From assembly GCA_038874655.1 (NCBI GenBank), contig JAVZBY010000011.1, positions 1-26,039 of the forward strand: DNA of 26,039 nucleotides, written 5' to 3'. Below, piece after piece: positions 1 through 9,566 of the stretch. The stretch is from Candidatus Woesearchaeota archaeon. GTDB taxonomy: Archaea > Nanobdellota > Nanobdellia > Woesearchaeales > GW2011-AR15. The first letter of the stretch is position 1; each line of letters opens with the position of its first letter. Under the pieces are notes generated by a model, which was not told the DNA's origin, did no database searches, and saw only the letters and a program-made list of their open reading frames with translations. The position numbers and the translations under genes are program-made.

Positions 1-37
1 AAAAAATATTTAAAGTATCTATTTTTAATATTTTATA

Positions 38-1639
38 ATGCCAGATAATAAACCAATAACAGATAATAAAACTGAAAATTCCGTTAATAATCAAGATACT
101 ATTTTTAAAATAGAACAAAATTTCAAGATAATTGATTTACCAGATATCAAGCAAAGAGTAAATATTAATGTTAGATATCCACTTTTAGCTCCTTATGCAT
201 TTGCTCATATTTATTGGGATGAAAAAAAAGAAGAATTAATTTATAGTGTTGAAGAACCAGAGTTAAATGATTCTGAAAAAGAGCTTTTAAGATTAATTAT
301 GTTAGCATTAGAAGAAATGATCAATGTTAGTTTTGCTAAACTTGAAAAAACCAATCAAATAATTACTTATTTAGAAAAAAATGTGCAATCTATCTTAATT
401 GAATTAGGAGCAAAAATTTCAAAGGAAAGTTATTTGAAGATAATGTATTATATTTTTAGGGATTCTGTTGGCTTAAATAGAATAGAGCCGTTGTTAAATG
501 ATTATTTTATTGAGGATATTGAATGTAATGGTTTAAATTTCCCTATATATATTGTTCATAGAAAATATGAAAATATGAGAACAAATATTATATTTACAGA
601 TATGCAAGAATTAACTGATTTTGTTGAAAAATTAGCTCAAAAATGTGGTAGATATGTTAGTTATGCAAAACCACTCTTAGATGGAACTTTGCCAGATGGT
701 TCAAGAGTAAATGCAACTTATTCTGAAGAAGTAACAACTAGAGGACCTACATTTACTATAAGAAAATTCACAAAAGAACCTTGGACACCTATACATTTAA
801 TTAATTTTGGAACTGGAAATGCAAAAGTATATGCCTATTTATGGTTATTAATTGAGCATAAAATGAATATAATGGTTATTGGTGAAACTGCTTCTGGTAA
901 AACAACTTTTTTGAACACAATATTAAGTTTTATCCCTCCTGATGCAAGAGTTGTTTCCATTGAAGATACAAGGGAATTGAATTTAGCACATGAAAATTGG
1001 ATGCCTACTGTAACAAGAGCAGGGTTTGGAATTTCCAGTGTTGATGGCAAAGAATATGGAGAAATTAGTTTGTTTGATCTTTTAAGAGAGAGTTTTAGAC
1101 AAGCACCAGATTATGTTATTGTAGGAGAAATTAGAGGACAGGAAGCATTTGTTTTATTTCAAGGAATGGCTTCAGGACATTCAAGTTTCGGAACTTTTCA
1201 TGCAGGTAGTGTTGAAACTTTAATAAGAAGATTAGAAACACCACCTATTAATTTGTCACCATCTTTAATTGAATCTTTGGATGCTGTTTGTGTTATGACA
1301 CATTTAAAAGAATTAGATAAAAATATAAGAAGATTAAAGGAATTAGTTGAAATAATAAGTACAAGTAATGAAATTGGGAAAATTAATAAAAATGTGCCAT
1401 TTGAATGGGATCCTGTTTCAGATAAAATTATACAAAGATCTGGTTTTTATGCATTTCAAAAGATAAGTAAAAAAACAGGTTTAAGTTTAAATGAATTAAA
1501 TAGGGAATTAGAATTAAGGACAATTTTATTACAAATAATGGCTAACAGAAAGATACAAGATTTTGAACAAGTAAATGAAATAATTAAAGAATATTATTTA
1601 GATAAAGAAAAGGTTTTGAGAAAGTTTAGAGTTATTTAA
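38..1639 (+). CDS. Type II/IV secretion system ATPase (archaeal FlaI/PilB/TadA-like pilus assembly ATPase)
   Basis: Walker A GETASGKTT, Asp box IEDTRE, Walker B LRESFRQAPDYVIVGEIRG, His box GHSSFGTFHAGS; N-terminal IEPLLNDYFIEDIECNG and LPDGSRV motifs; TTTAAA box 29 nt upstream. Confidence 0.93.
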   Translation: MPDNKPITDNKTENSVNNQDTIFKIEQNFKIIDLPDIKQRVNINVRYPLLAPYAFAHIYWDEKKEELIYSVEEPELNDSEKELLRLIMLALEEMINVSFAKLEKTNQIITYLEKNVQSILIELGAKISKESYLKIMYYIFRDSVGLNRIEPLLNDYFIEDIECNGLNFPIYIVHRKYENMRTNIIFTDMQELTDFVEKLAQKCGRYVSYAKPLLDGTLPDGSRVNATYSEEVTTRGPTFTIRKFTKEPWTPIHLINFGTGNAKVYAYLWLLIEHKMNIMVIGETASGKTTFLNTILSFIPPDARVVSIEDTRELNLAHENWMPTVTRAGFGISSVDGKEYGEISLFDLLRESFRQAPDYVIVGEIRGQEAFVLFQGMASGHSSFGTFHAGSVETLIRRLETPPINLSPSLIESLDAVCVMTHLKELDKNIRRLKELVEIISTSNEIGKINKNVPFEWDPVSDKIIQRSGFYAFQKISKKTGLSLNELNRELELRTILLQIMANRKIQDFEQVNEIIKEYYLDKEKVLRKFRVI

Positions 1640-1711
1640 AAAAATTTGTATTTCAATTTATTAGATTTTTTGAAATATTTCAAATCTTTAAGAATATCTT
1701 TGAATTTTAAA

Positions 1712-2026
1712 ATGAAAGAAAAAAATAAAAAAGAGGATAAAGAAAAAAAAATAAATAGAGAGCTTAATTTTGAAAAATTAAAAAAATTAAAAGATAATGA
1801 AATTCTATATTCAGAAATTTTAAGAAATCATAAATCAAACATAACTATAGAATTGAAAGAAGATCTTGATAGATTAGAAGTTTTAGCAGATATTTATTTT
1901 GATTTCTCATCAAAATCTTATCCAAATAAGTCTGAAAGAGATATAGCAAAACTTAAAATGGAGTTAATAAAAAAAGAAATGATGCTTCTTAATTTTATGA
2001 TTAATAAAAAAATAGAAAATCTGTAA
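1712..2026 (+). CDS. Small charged helical hypothetical protein inside the pilus operon (ATG at 1712 preferred over TTG at 1646)
   Basis: Open frame between the ATPase and the platform gene; its stop is 1 nt before the next ATG (TAAGATG), which suggests translational coupling. Confidence 0.6.
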   Translation: MKEKNKKEDKEKKINRELNFEKLKKLKDNEILYSEILRNHKSNITIELKEDLDRLEVLADIYFDFSSKSYPNKSERDIAKLKMELIKKEMMLLNFMINKKIENL

Positions 2027-2027
2027 G

Positions 2028-3755
2028 ATGTTAAAAGTAAAAGAAATAATTAAACAAATGAAACAGGTTTTAATTGAGATAGAGTTAGCTAAAGATAATT
2101 ATAAAAAAGTTTTATCAGAAATTCAAAAATTAGATTATAAATATCAGAAAGGAGAGCTAGACTATAAATTATATATTACCTTAAAAAATAGAATTTTAAG
2201 AGATAAATCTGAAATTGATGTTAAAGAAGCTTATAATAACTATGTTCATTCATTAAAAAATAAATTATATGATTTAAATTCAAAAGCTTTACAACTAATT
2301 TCAATTGATGAAAGCTATAATTCTTTGGTTATAGGAAAATCTGTCAAAAAAGAGCCAACACTGGATTTGCCTTCGTTAGATGCCTTAGAGATTGCAGAGG
2401 TTGAAGTTCCTATTGAGAATATTGAAATAAAAAAGATTGAACAAGATAAAATAAAATTTGAAAATAAATTATCTAAAAAAGAAGAAGAAAAAAAAGAAGA
2501 AATTCCAGTTCCTTTACCTGAACCTTTAGATATTTATAAGCCACCTAAACCAAAGAAATTAAGTTTTTTTAAGAGGTTAATTTATGCAATAGAAGCAAAA
2601 GAAAAGCCCTGGTTGGAGGCACATCAAAAAGATGTTTTTTTAGGGGGCATTTTTTCTATTGATTTTTTGAATTATTTGTTGTTTGGGAAAGAAAAAAATG
2701 TTTCTTTATTTGGAGAAACACAAATTTTGCCTAGTATTTTGAGTTATGAACAAAAAAGTTATGATGATATTACGTTATCAAAAAGAGAAATTTTGGACCC
2801 ATATTTACTTGAAAAGGAAATAAAAGAATTAAAAAGTTTAATTTCAAAAAAGAAGCCAGAGTCATATAAAGCAAATACATTAGGATATATATCAAATTTA
2901 ACAGTAAGAAAAATAAGTATTTATTTTATAGAGAAATTTCCTGATTTTTTTAAAGGCTTGTATATGGCTGTAAGAAAAGCTAATTTGAAAATATTAGCTA
3001 ATACATATATTAATATTATGTTTTTTTTAACTATATTTAGTTTCATTTTGTCAATCCCATTTTTTACTTATATTTTTGCTTTACAAGGTGATAATGGTCT
3101 TTTAGTTATTCTGAAAACTTTAGGCAGTTCAATTTTGTTAGCTAATATAGTTTTTTGGTTGAGTTTTTATTATCCTTTTATGAAGGCAAAAGAAAGAAAA
3201 AGGTCTATAAATACAAACATGCCTTTTGCAATTGATCATATGTCATCTGTTATTGCATCAGGAGTAAATCCTGCAACAATGTTTAGGTTAATATCAAGTT
3301 CTTCAGAATACGGTGAGGTCTCTGTTGAATTTGAAAAAATATCAAATTATGTTGATTTTTTTGGTTATGATATTTTGACTGCCATTAAAGCAGTTGCTTT
3401 AACAACACCCTCAGAACAGTTTAAAGAGTTTTTAGATGGATTTGTTTCTACTATTGAGACTGGTGGAGATCTTAAAGAATATTTAAAACAAAAATCAAGT
3501 GAGGCATTATTAAATTACAGGTTAGAAAGACAAAAATATGTAGAATCTTTATCTACTTATTCAGATATTTATACTGGTGTTTTAATTGCTGCACCATTAT
3601 TTTTTGTTACAACACTATCTTTAATATCAGTAATAGGTGGATCAATTGCAGGAATTAGAATCGATACTTTAATTGCTTTAGGAACTTATATTGTAATTCC
3701 TTTGTTAAATGTATTATTTATTATATTTTTGGAATTTAATCAACCAGAGGTTTAA
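2028..3755 (+). CDS. Type II secretion system F family (TadB/TadC/FlaJ-like) membrane platform protein with long N-terminal soluble extension
   Basis: C-terminal half has SINTNMPFAIDHMSSVIASG, YGEVSVEF, TTPSEQFKEFLDGFVSTIETGGDL and several TM helices; lies downstream of the secretion ATPase. Confidence 0.88.
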   Translation: MLKVKEIIKQMKQVLIEIELAKDNYKKVLSEIQKLDYKYQKGELDYKLYITLKNRILRDKSEIDVKEAYNNYVHSLKNKLYDLNSKALQLISIDESYNSLVIGKSVKKEPTLDLPSLDALEIAEVEVPIENIEIKKIEQDKIKFENKLSKKEEEKKEEIPVPLPEPLDIYKPPKPKKLSFFKRLIYAIEAKEKPWLEAHQKDVFLGGIFSIDFLNYLLFGKEKNVSLFGETQILPSILSYEQKSYDDITLSKREILDPYLLEKEIKELKSLISKKKPESYKANTLGYISNLTVRKISIYFIEKFPDFFKGLYMAVRKANLKILANTYINIMFFLTIFSFILSIPFFTYIFALQGDNGLLVILKTLGSSILLANIVFWLSFYYPFMKAKERKRSINTNMPFAIDHMSSVIASGVNPATMFRLISSSSEYGEVSVEFEKISNYVDFFGYDILTAIKAVALTTPSEQFKEFLDGFVSTIETGGDLKEYLKQKSSEALLNYRLERQKYVESLSTYSDIYTGVLIAAPLFFVTTLSLISVIGGSIAGIRIDTLIALGTYIVIPLLNVLFIIFLEFNQPEV

Positions 3756-3858
3756 AATTATTTTGATATTCATTTAGATAAAAAATTTTTGATAAAAATT
3801 TATAAAAGATTAAAGAAAATAAAAATATAATTATAAAAAATAATAAAAAAACAAAAAA

Positions 3859-4773
3859 ATGAAATTTAAACAACAATACTTAATAGGAATATCTATTGGT
3901 TCTGTTTTGTTTTTAATAGATGTTATTTTCTTTTTAAGAACAAGATGGTTTATGCCCTTATTTATTGTTTCCTTTTCTATTGCATTGCTTCAGATTTGGT
4001 TAGATTTTTTTATAGAAAATCAAAAACAAAAAGAAATAGAATCAAGGTTTTTGGATTTTGTAAGAAATTTGACAGGTGCAATTAAATCAGGAATGCCTGT
4101 TGCAAAAGCAATTATACATATCTCTAAAATTGATTATGGTGCTTTAAGTCCTTATGTTAGAAAATTAGGTCATCAGCTAGAATGGAATGTGCCTGTGCAT
4201 AAGGCATTGATTTTATTTAGTAAAAATACAAAAAATGAAGTTATTAAGAGATCTATAGCAACTGTTATTGAAGCAGAGCAGGCAGGCGGTAATATGGAAG
4301 ATGTCCTAGCTTCTATAACTAATTCTTTAATAGAAATTAAAAAGATAAAAGAGGAGAGAAGAGCAAGCATACATAGTCAAATTATGCAATCCTATGTAAT
4401 TTTCTTAATATTTATAGGTGTTATGCTAGTTATACAAAATATGTTAGTTCCTTATTTAATGGGTAATTCACAAGAAGGAATTTATTCTGGTTTAAATTTG
4501 CAAGGAAATCCAATGACATTTTCACAACAAAGGCAGCAAACATTAGTTTTAGAAACAGAATTAAAGTTTAATTCTATGTCTGCTTTTGTTTATTCTTTAG
4601 GACAATGGTTTGTTTCTTTAAGGGGGATATTTTTAATGCTTACTTTAATACAAGCATTTTTTGCTGGTGTAATAATTGGAAAAATGGCAGAAGGTGACTT
4701 AACTTCAGGATTAAAGCATTCTTTAATTTTAATGCTTATCTCTTTTTTTATAATGACTTTATTTAAGCCGTGA
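3859..4773 (+). CDS. Type II secretion system F family (TadC-like) membrane platform protein
   Basis: EIESRFLDFVRNLTGAIKSGMP, DYGALSPYV, EAEQAGGNMEDVL; C-terminal IQAFFAGVIIGKMAEGDLTSGLKH typical of archaeal TadC. Confidence 0.9.
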   Translation: MKFKQQYLIGISIGSVLFLIDVIFFLRTRWFMPLFIVSFSIALLQIWLDFFIENQKQKEIESRFLDFVRNLTGAIKSGMPVAKAIIHISKIDYGALSPYVRKLGHQLEWNVPVHKALILFSKNTKNEVIKRSIATVIEAEQAGGNMEDVLASITNSLIEIKKIKEERRASIHSQIMQSYVIFLIFIGVMLVIQNMLVPYLMGNSQEGIYSGLNLQGNPMTFSQQRQQTLVLETELKFNSMSAFVYSLGQWFVSLRGIFLMLTLIQAFFAGVIIGKMAEGDLTSGLKHSLILMLISFFIMTLFKP

Positions 4774-4821
4774 TTATTTTTTATATTATTTATTTTTCTA
4801 TTTATTTTATTTATTTTTATT

Positions 4822-4908
4822 TTTGTCCTGAGATTGGAGCAATTCTGGTTTAAAAACCTAGTGCACAGCACCTTATATTTTCCTTGGGCCAAGTCTCAAC
4901 TGGACAAA
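4822..4908. ncRNA. Candidate structured RNA or self-complementary element (unassigned)
   Basis: GC-enriched 87-nt island in an AT-rich spacer; ends pair TTTGTCC/GGACAAA, TGAGA/TCTCA, TTGG/CCAA; internal hairpins GGTT/AACC and GTGC/GCAC. Confidence 0.4.
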
Positions 4909-5075
4909 GCAAATATAAAAACTAATCATAAGACTAATTTTTCCTATAATTAAGTATGTATTATTTTTTTATAAATTTTTGGTTATTTTATTTTTCTATA
5001 TCTTTATGATGTTTTTTATAAAATCTTATAAATTATATGAAAAAAATTAAAAAGAGAAATAATCTTTAATTATCT

Positions 5076-5459
5076 ATGGTTGAAAACAATGTTAGGATTG
5101 ACTATAATTTATTGTTTAAAAACGAACTTTTTAATTATCTAGAAAGAATAGAAGAACTTGAAAAACAATTTAAGTTGATAAACACAAATCATGATATTAA
5201 GAATTTGTCTTGGAATAATCAACTTTTGGAAGGAAAAAGAAGATTACGAGTATTAAAAGAAAATATAAAAGAATCTAATCAAAAAATCGAAGATTTAAAA
5301 ACTAATTTTTATAATATAGTATATTTATTGAAGATGAGTGCAACAAATGAAGAGTTTGAAAAATTAAAGCAAAAAATAGACAATTTAAATTATGAAAATT
5401 TTATTACAAAGAAGGAATTTTTAAAGTTATTGGAGGATTTTATTTTAGAAAATAAATAA
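5076..5459 (+). CDS. Hypothetical coiled-coil protein
   Basis: 127-aa ORF with heptad-like K/E/L pattern; no catalytic motif recognised. Confidence 0.7.
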   Translation: MVENNVRIDYNLLFKNELFNYLERIEELEKQFKLINTNHDIKNLSWNNQLLEGKRRLRVLKENIKESNQKIEDLKTNFYNIVYLLKMSATNEEFEKLKQKIDNLNYENFITKKEFLKLLEDFILENK

Positions 5460-5504
5460 TTGTCTAAACTTTTTATTTTTATTAAATTTCATAAAAATTA
5501 GTTT

Positions 5505-7967
5505 CTATAAAACATTTACTTTACTTATGTTATTTGTTTTTGTGATTCTAATTATATTATTAACATAGGATTCCATTTTTTGTTCATGACTAACTATAAT
5601 AGTTTGTTTCATATTAAGTTGTTCTAACACATCTCTTACTTTGTCTAATTGCTCACTTGAAAAACCATCTGTTGGCTCATCTAATATGATGAAGTCTTTT
5701 GTTTTGATATTTGAAATAAGGTCGTTTATTACTTTGTTTAATGCTAATCTATAAGCAAGTGCTACTGCTGTTTTTTCTCCACCAGATAGATTTTCAATAC
5801 TTGATTCATAGCCGTCTTGTATTATTTTTATAGAAAAATCATCTTCTAACGATATTTCTAAGCCCTCAATAAGCATTGAAAACCATTCTTTTAATAAGGA
5901 TTCAAATTCTTTATGAATTGAAACCATTATGTGTTTTTCAATTGTTATCATTAGATTAATGAAAAATGTAGATATAAACTCTTCTAAATCTTTTAATTCA
6001 GAAATTTTCTTTTTTAATATTTCCATTGCTTCTAATTTTTTTTCATATTCTCTTATTTGATTTTGTATTATTGTTTTCTCTTTTGTTAGAGTGCTTATCT
6101 CAATTTCCTTGTTTTTTTCTATTTCTTTTAAGTTTTCATATTCTTTTTTATTTTCAATATATTCTTTTTCAGAGTTAATATAATCTTTGATTTGTTCATT
6201 TATTTTTTTAATTTTCTCTTCAATTTCATTTATCTCAGTTTTTATTTGAGAAACTTCTTCATCAATTTTTTTAATATTTTCTTTTTCGTTTTTTATGTAT
6301 TCTATAATATTGTTTTTTTCTCTAAATTTTAGGTTATAATCTCTAAATTCAGATAATATTTTTTTCTTTTCTTCTATTTCTTGTTTTAAGAAATTTTTTT
6401 CTTTTACTTTCAATTTTTCAATTGTTTCTTCTTTTTTTAATATTAGTTCAGATAATTCTTTTTGCTTAGATGCAGAATTTTTTGTTTGCTCAATTAAGAT
6501 TGTAAGTTCTTTTGATTTTTGATTATAGGTTTCTTGTAATTTTTCTAGCTTTTCTAGATTAGTTTTTATTTTTTTTATATTTTCATTAATCTTATCTTCT
6601 ATTTTTTTAATGGTTTCCTTTTCTTTTTCTAGGTTTAAAATATTGTTATTTTCTTTGTTGATTACTTCTTTTTTATGTTCATCATTGACTTTCTGATAGC
6701 ATAAAGGACAGATGTCTGCGTTTTTTATATTATCTATAATTTTTCTTGATTGGGATATTGAATAGTCAATTTTCTCTAATTTTATCTTTATTGCGTTATC
6801 TTTTTTTAAAGTTTCATCTAATAGTTTTTCTTGTTCTTTTTTGAGTTTTAATTTTTCTTCTATATCTTTAATTTCCTTTTCTAAAATTAGAGTTTTTTTT
6901 ATTTTTTCGTTTATTTCTTTAATTTCATTCTCAATTTTTGTGATTTGCTCATTATAATTATTGAGTTTTTGTTCTAAAATTGATTTTTCTTTTATATATT
7001 GGTTGAATTCTTCGATTAGTTTATTAACTTCATCTTCTATTTGCTTTTCGGGTTTTAGTTCTGTTATATTTTTGTATTGATTTAATTTTTCTTCATATGA
7101 GAGAATTTTTTTCAGAATATTTTGTTTTTTTGTTTCTAAAGAATTTATGAATTGTTTTTTTGTTTTTATAATATTATCATTTAATATTACATCTTTTTTT
7201 AGTTCATTTAGTTTTTTAACTCTATTTTCTAATTCTTCATATTTGTTTTTTTGATTTTTTGTTTTTTCACTTATCTCACTCAAAATTAAAATTTCATTTT
7301 TGATTATTTTTTCAAGTTCTTCAATTTTTTGTTTTTTTTCTTTAATTTCGTTTTCAATTTCAATATAAGTATCTAATTTTATGCTAACTTCATTTATTTT
7401 TCTTCTCAATTCACGGGCATAAAAATCAGCGTTTTCTCTTATTGTTTTGTATTTGTCTATGTTGAATAATTTTCTTAATGTATCTAATCTAGTTTCTGAA
7501 TTTTCAAATAGAATTTTTTTCATTTCTTCTTGTGGGCAATATACAGTGTATCTATAAATATTGGTTTTACTTTTTGTAATTAATTCTTCAGGATAGCCTA
7601 GTATTTCAATTATTTTAGCTCTTAACTCAGAAGGGGTTCCTTCAAATTTTTTTCCGTTTTTTATTATATATCCAATGTCTTGATTTATGTTATCTCTGTT
7701 TTTTTTAAGAGCTCTTTTTATTATGTATTCAATGTTATCAATATCAAAGCATAGCTCAACAGAGCAAAAATTTTTACCATGTCTTAATAAATGAAAACCA
7801 GATAAATCAGATTTGTTTATTCCGAATAATGCAAATTCTATTGCTAATAAAATAGTAGATTTACCAGATCCTATATCGCCAGATAATAATAATTTTCCAG
7901 AAGGAAAATTAATTGTTTCATTTATGTAGCTTCTTATGTTTTCTAGTTTTAGGTATTTTAAATACAT
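5505..7967 (-). CDS. rad50: Rad50/SbcC-family SMC-like DNA repair ATPase
   Basis: Walker A GDIGSGKS, Q-loop YCPQEE, long coiled coils with central zinc hook CPLC (6699-6710), signature LSGGE, Walker B/D-loop IILDEPT, H-loop VSH. Confidence 0.9.
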   Translation of the reverse strand: MYLKYLKLENIRSYINETINFPSGKLLLSGDIGSGKSTILLAIEFALFGINKSDLSGFHLLRHGKNFCSVELCFDIDNIEYIIKRALKKNRDNINQDIGYIIKNGKKFEGTPSELRAKIIEILGYPEELITKSKTNIYRYTVYCPQEEMKKILFENSETRLDTLRKLFNIDKYKTIRENADFYARELRRKINEVSIKLDTYIEIENEIKEKKQKIEELEKIIKNEILILSEISEKTKNQKNKYEELENRVKKLNELKKDVILNDNIIKTKKQFINSLETKKQNILKKILSYEEKLNQYKNITELKPEKQIEDEVNKLIEEFNQYIKEKSILEQKLNNYNEQITKIENEIKEINEKIKKTLILEKEIKDIEEKLKLKKEQEKLLDETLKKDNAIKIKLEKIDYSISQSRKIIDNIKNADICPLCYQKVNDEHKKEVINKENNNILNLEKEKETIKKIEDKINENIKKIKTNLEKLEKLQETYNQKSKELTILIEQTKNSASKQKELSELILKKEETIEKLKVKEKNFLKQEIEEKKKILSEFRDYNLKFREKNNIIEYIKNEKENIKKIDEEVSQIKTEINEIEEKIKKINEQIKDYINSEKEYIENKKEYENLKEIEKNKEIEISTLTKEKTIIQNQIREYEKKLEAMEILKKKISELKDLEEFISTFFINLMITIEKHIMVSIHKEFESLLKEWFSMLIEGLEISLEDDFSIKIIQDGYESSIENLSGGEKTAVALAYRLALNKVINDLISNIKTKDFIILDEPTDGFSSEQLDKVRDVLEQLNMKQTIIVSHEQKMESYVNNIIRITKTNNISKVNVL

Positions 7968-8038
7968 GTTTATATAAATTTTTTATAAATTTAAAAAGGT
8001 TTAGGACATATTTTTTTATTTAGATTAAATTAAATTTT

Positions 8039-8179
8039 TTAGGAGGTGTAATAGCTAAATGTCTTTAACATTAATAAAATAGAATCAGGAAATTTATAGG
8101 GGGTAATATCAAAATAATCTGCTAATGTTAATTGAGTTTCTCTTATAGATTTTTTTTTATTGGTTATTTTTTTATGCAT
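8039..8179 (-). CDS. Putative 46-aa microprotein with PIP-box-like motif QLTLADYF (not in the ORF track)
   Basis: Manual translation MHKKITNKKKSIRETQLTLADYFDITPYKFPDSILLMLKTFSYYTS*; same strand as and just upstream of rad50. Confidence 0.4.
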   Translation of the reverse strand: MHKKITNKKKSIRETQLTLADYFDITPYKFPDSILLMLKTFSYYTS

Positions 8180-8271
8180 TTTTTAAAATTACAAAAATTT
8201 TATTTTACTTTTTTATAACTTTTTTATAAATTATAATATATTTTAAATAGGAATTTATATTCTTTTCTAAA

Positions 8272-8865
8272 ATGTCTAATATTAAAAATGATGTTAAAAA
8301 AGAAGGTTTTTTTAGAAAAAAAGTTTTAATCTTTCATGGTTGGGGCGCATCTTCTAAGAGTAATTGGTTTCCTTGGCTTGAAAACGAGTTAAAAAATGAA
8401 AATTTTTTAGTTTATGTTCCAGATTTGCCTAATTCAAGATTTCCAAAATTAAATGAATGGCTTGATTATGCTTTTGATTTAGGTATAAATGAAAACACAA
8501 TTTTAATTGGTCATTCCTTAGGAAGTGTTTTGATTTTAAGAATTTTAGAAAAAATTGATTTTAAATTAAAAGCAGTTTTTTTAGTTTCTACTTTTGATGT
8601 TGATTTAGGAATTAGTGTAATAAAAAATTTTGTTGAGAAACCTTTTAATTATGAAAAAATAAAGCAGAATTGTGAAAATATTTATATATTACAGTCTGAT
8701 AATGATAATTATATTCATTTAGATATAGCAAAAGAATTAGCTAAAAAAATAGATGCAAGATTAATAATTTTTCATAATAAAGACCATTTATCTCAAGGAA
8801 CAGGCATTGAAAAAGGATTTTTTACATTTAAAGAATTAAAAAAGATGATTTTAGATATTAAATAA
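8272..8865 (+). CDS. Alpha/beta hydrolase, RBBP9/YdeN family
   Basis: IFHGWG...NWFPWL, nucleophile elbow GHSLG, SDNDNY acid, C-terminal His (KDHL). Confidence 0.88.
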   Translation: MSNIKNDVKKEGFFRKKVLIFHGWGASSKSNWFPWLENELKNENFLVYVPDLPNSRFPKLNEWLDYAFDLGINENTILIGHSLGSVLILRILEKIDFKLKAVFLVSTFDVDLGISVIKNFVEKPFNYEKIKQNCENIYILQSDNDNYIHLDIAKELAKKIDARLIIFHNKDHLSQGTGIEKGFFTFKELKKMILDIK

Positions 8866-8922
8866 ATTATATTAAATAAAAAATATAAATTTAACAAAAA
8901 CTTATTTGAGATGTGATTTAAT

Positions 8923-9504
8923 ATGAAATTAATTAAACCTGTAAAATCACAATATTCAAAATTAAAAGAATTTAGAATAAGGAGCTCATTAATTAATAGA
9001 ATTTTGATAGGCTCTTTAATTATTTTGTTTTTGTCTTTTTTTGTTAATGTTAAGTTAATATTTTTTTTAGTTGTTGCAGCTGTTTTTAATGCTTTATTGC
9101 AAAGAGTTCAATTGCAAACTAATATGCCAACTGATTTTGAATTATCAACTTTATCAACAGTTTTGGTTACTGCTGCTTTTGGTTTAAAATGGGGTATTGT
9201 TAATGCAATTTTTTCTAAATTAGTTGCAAGTATATATACAGGAAGTATAATAATAGACCATTTTTTTATGATTTTAACTTATATTAATGCTGCATTTTTA
9301 ACAACTTTGTTTGGAAGCTCTAATCTTGTTTTTACTGGAATAATTACAGTTTTAATCAATAATGTTATTATGTTTTTTATTTCAAAAAATATATTGGGAA
9401 TAGATCCTATGGCTAATACAACATATACTTTAACAAATCTTGTTTTTAATTCAATAATGTTTTCTGTATTAGCAAATCCTTTGCTTTTTTTATTGAAATT
9501 ATAA
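8923..9504 (+). CDS. Multi-pass membrane protein, possibly ECF S-component-like; paralog of 13162..13776
   Basis: About 6 hydrophobic segments; PTDFELSTLSTVLVTAAFGLKWG pattern. Confidence 0.6.
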   Translation: MKLIKPVKSQYSKLKEFRIRSSLINRILIGSLIILFLSFFVNVKLIFFLVVAAVFNALLQRVQLQTNMPTDFELSTLSTVLVTAAFGLKWGIVNAIFSKLVASIYTGSIIIDHFFMILTYINAAFLTTLFGSSNLVFTGIITVLINNVIMFFISKNILGIDPMANTTYTLTNLVFNSIMFSVLANPLLFLLKL

Positions 9505-9566
9505 AATTAGCTTAAAAAAGAAATCTTTTATTTTTTTAGTTTTAATTATATTTTTTACTATTTATA

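Noticed and set aside
835-4370. Antisense ORFs 835..1050 and 4173..4370
   Set aside because: Fully nested opposite well-supported genes, with no motifs; shadow ORFs
38-4773. Archaellum (fla/arl) operon
   Set aside because: No archaellin, FlaH or FlaF/G; two separate TadC-like genes fit a type IV/Tad pilus better
4590-4892. 100-aa minus-strand ORF
   Set aside because: TTG start, overlaps the tadC 3' end antisense and runs through low-complexity A-rich DNA; the GC-rich part is better explained as a structured element
4822-4908. tRNA, bulge-helix-bulge substrate, or SAM/glycine/TPP riboswitch reading of the GC island
   Set aside because: No TTCRA T-loop or proper anticodon arm; only one 3-nt bulge; fragments such as TGGCCC, AAGGTGC, CTGAGA and TCTCAGG lack the remaining conserved cores
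8041-8082. Strong SD-like AGGAGGTG followed by a + strand 7-codon ORF (MSLTLIK)
   Set aside because: Too short to support; it is also the reverse complement of the end of the 46-aa minus-strand ORF
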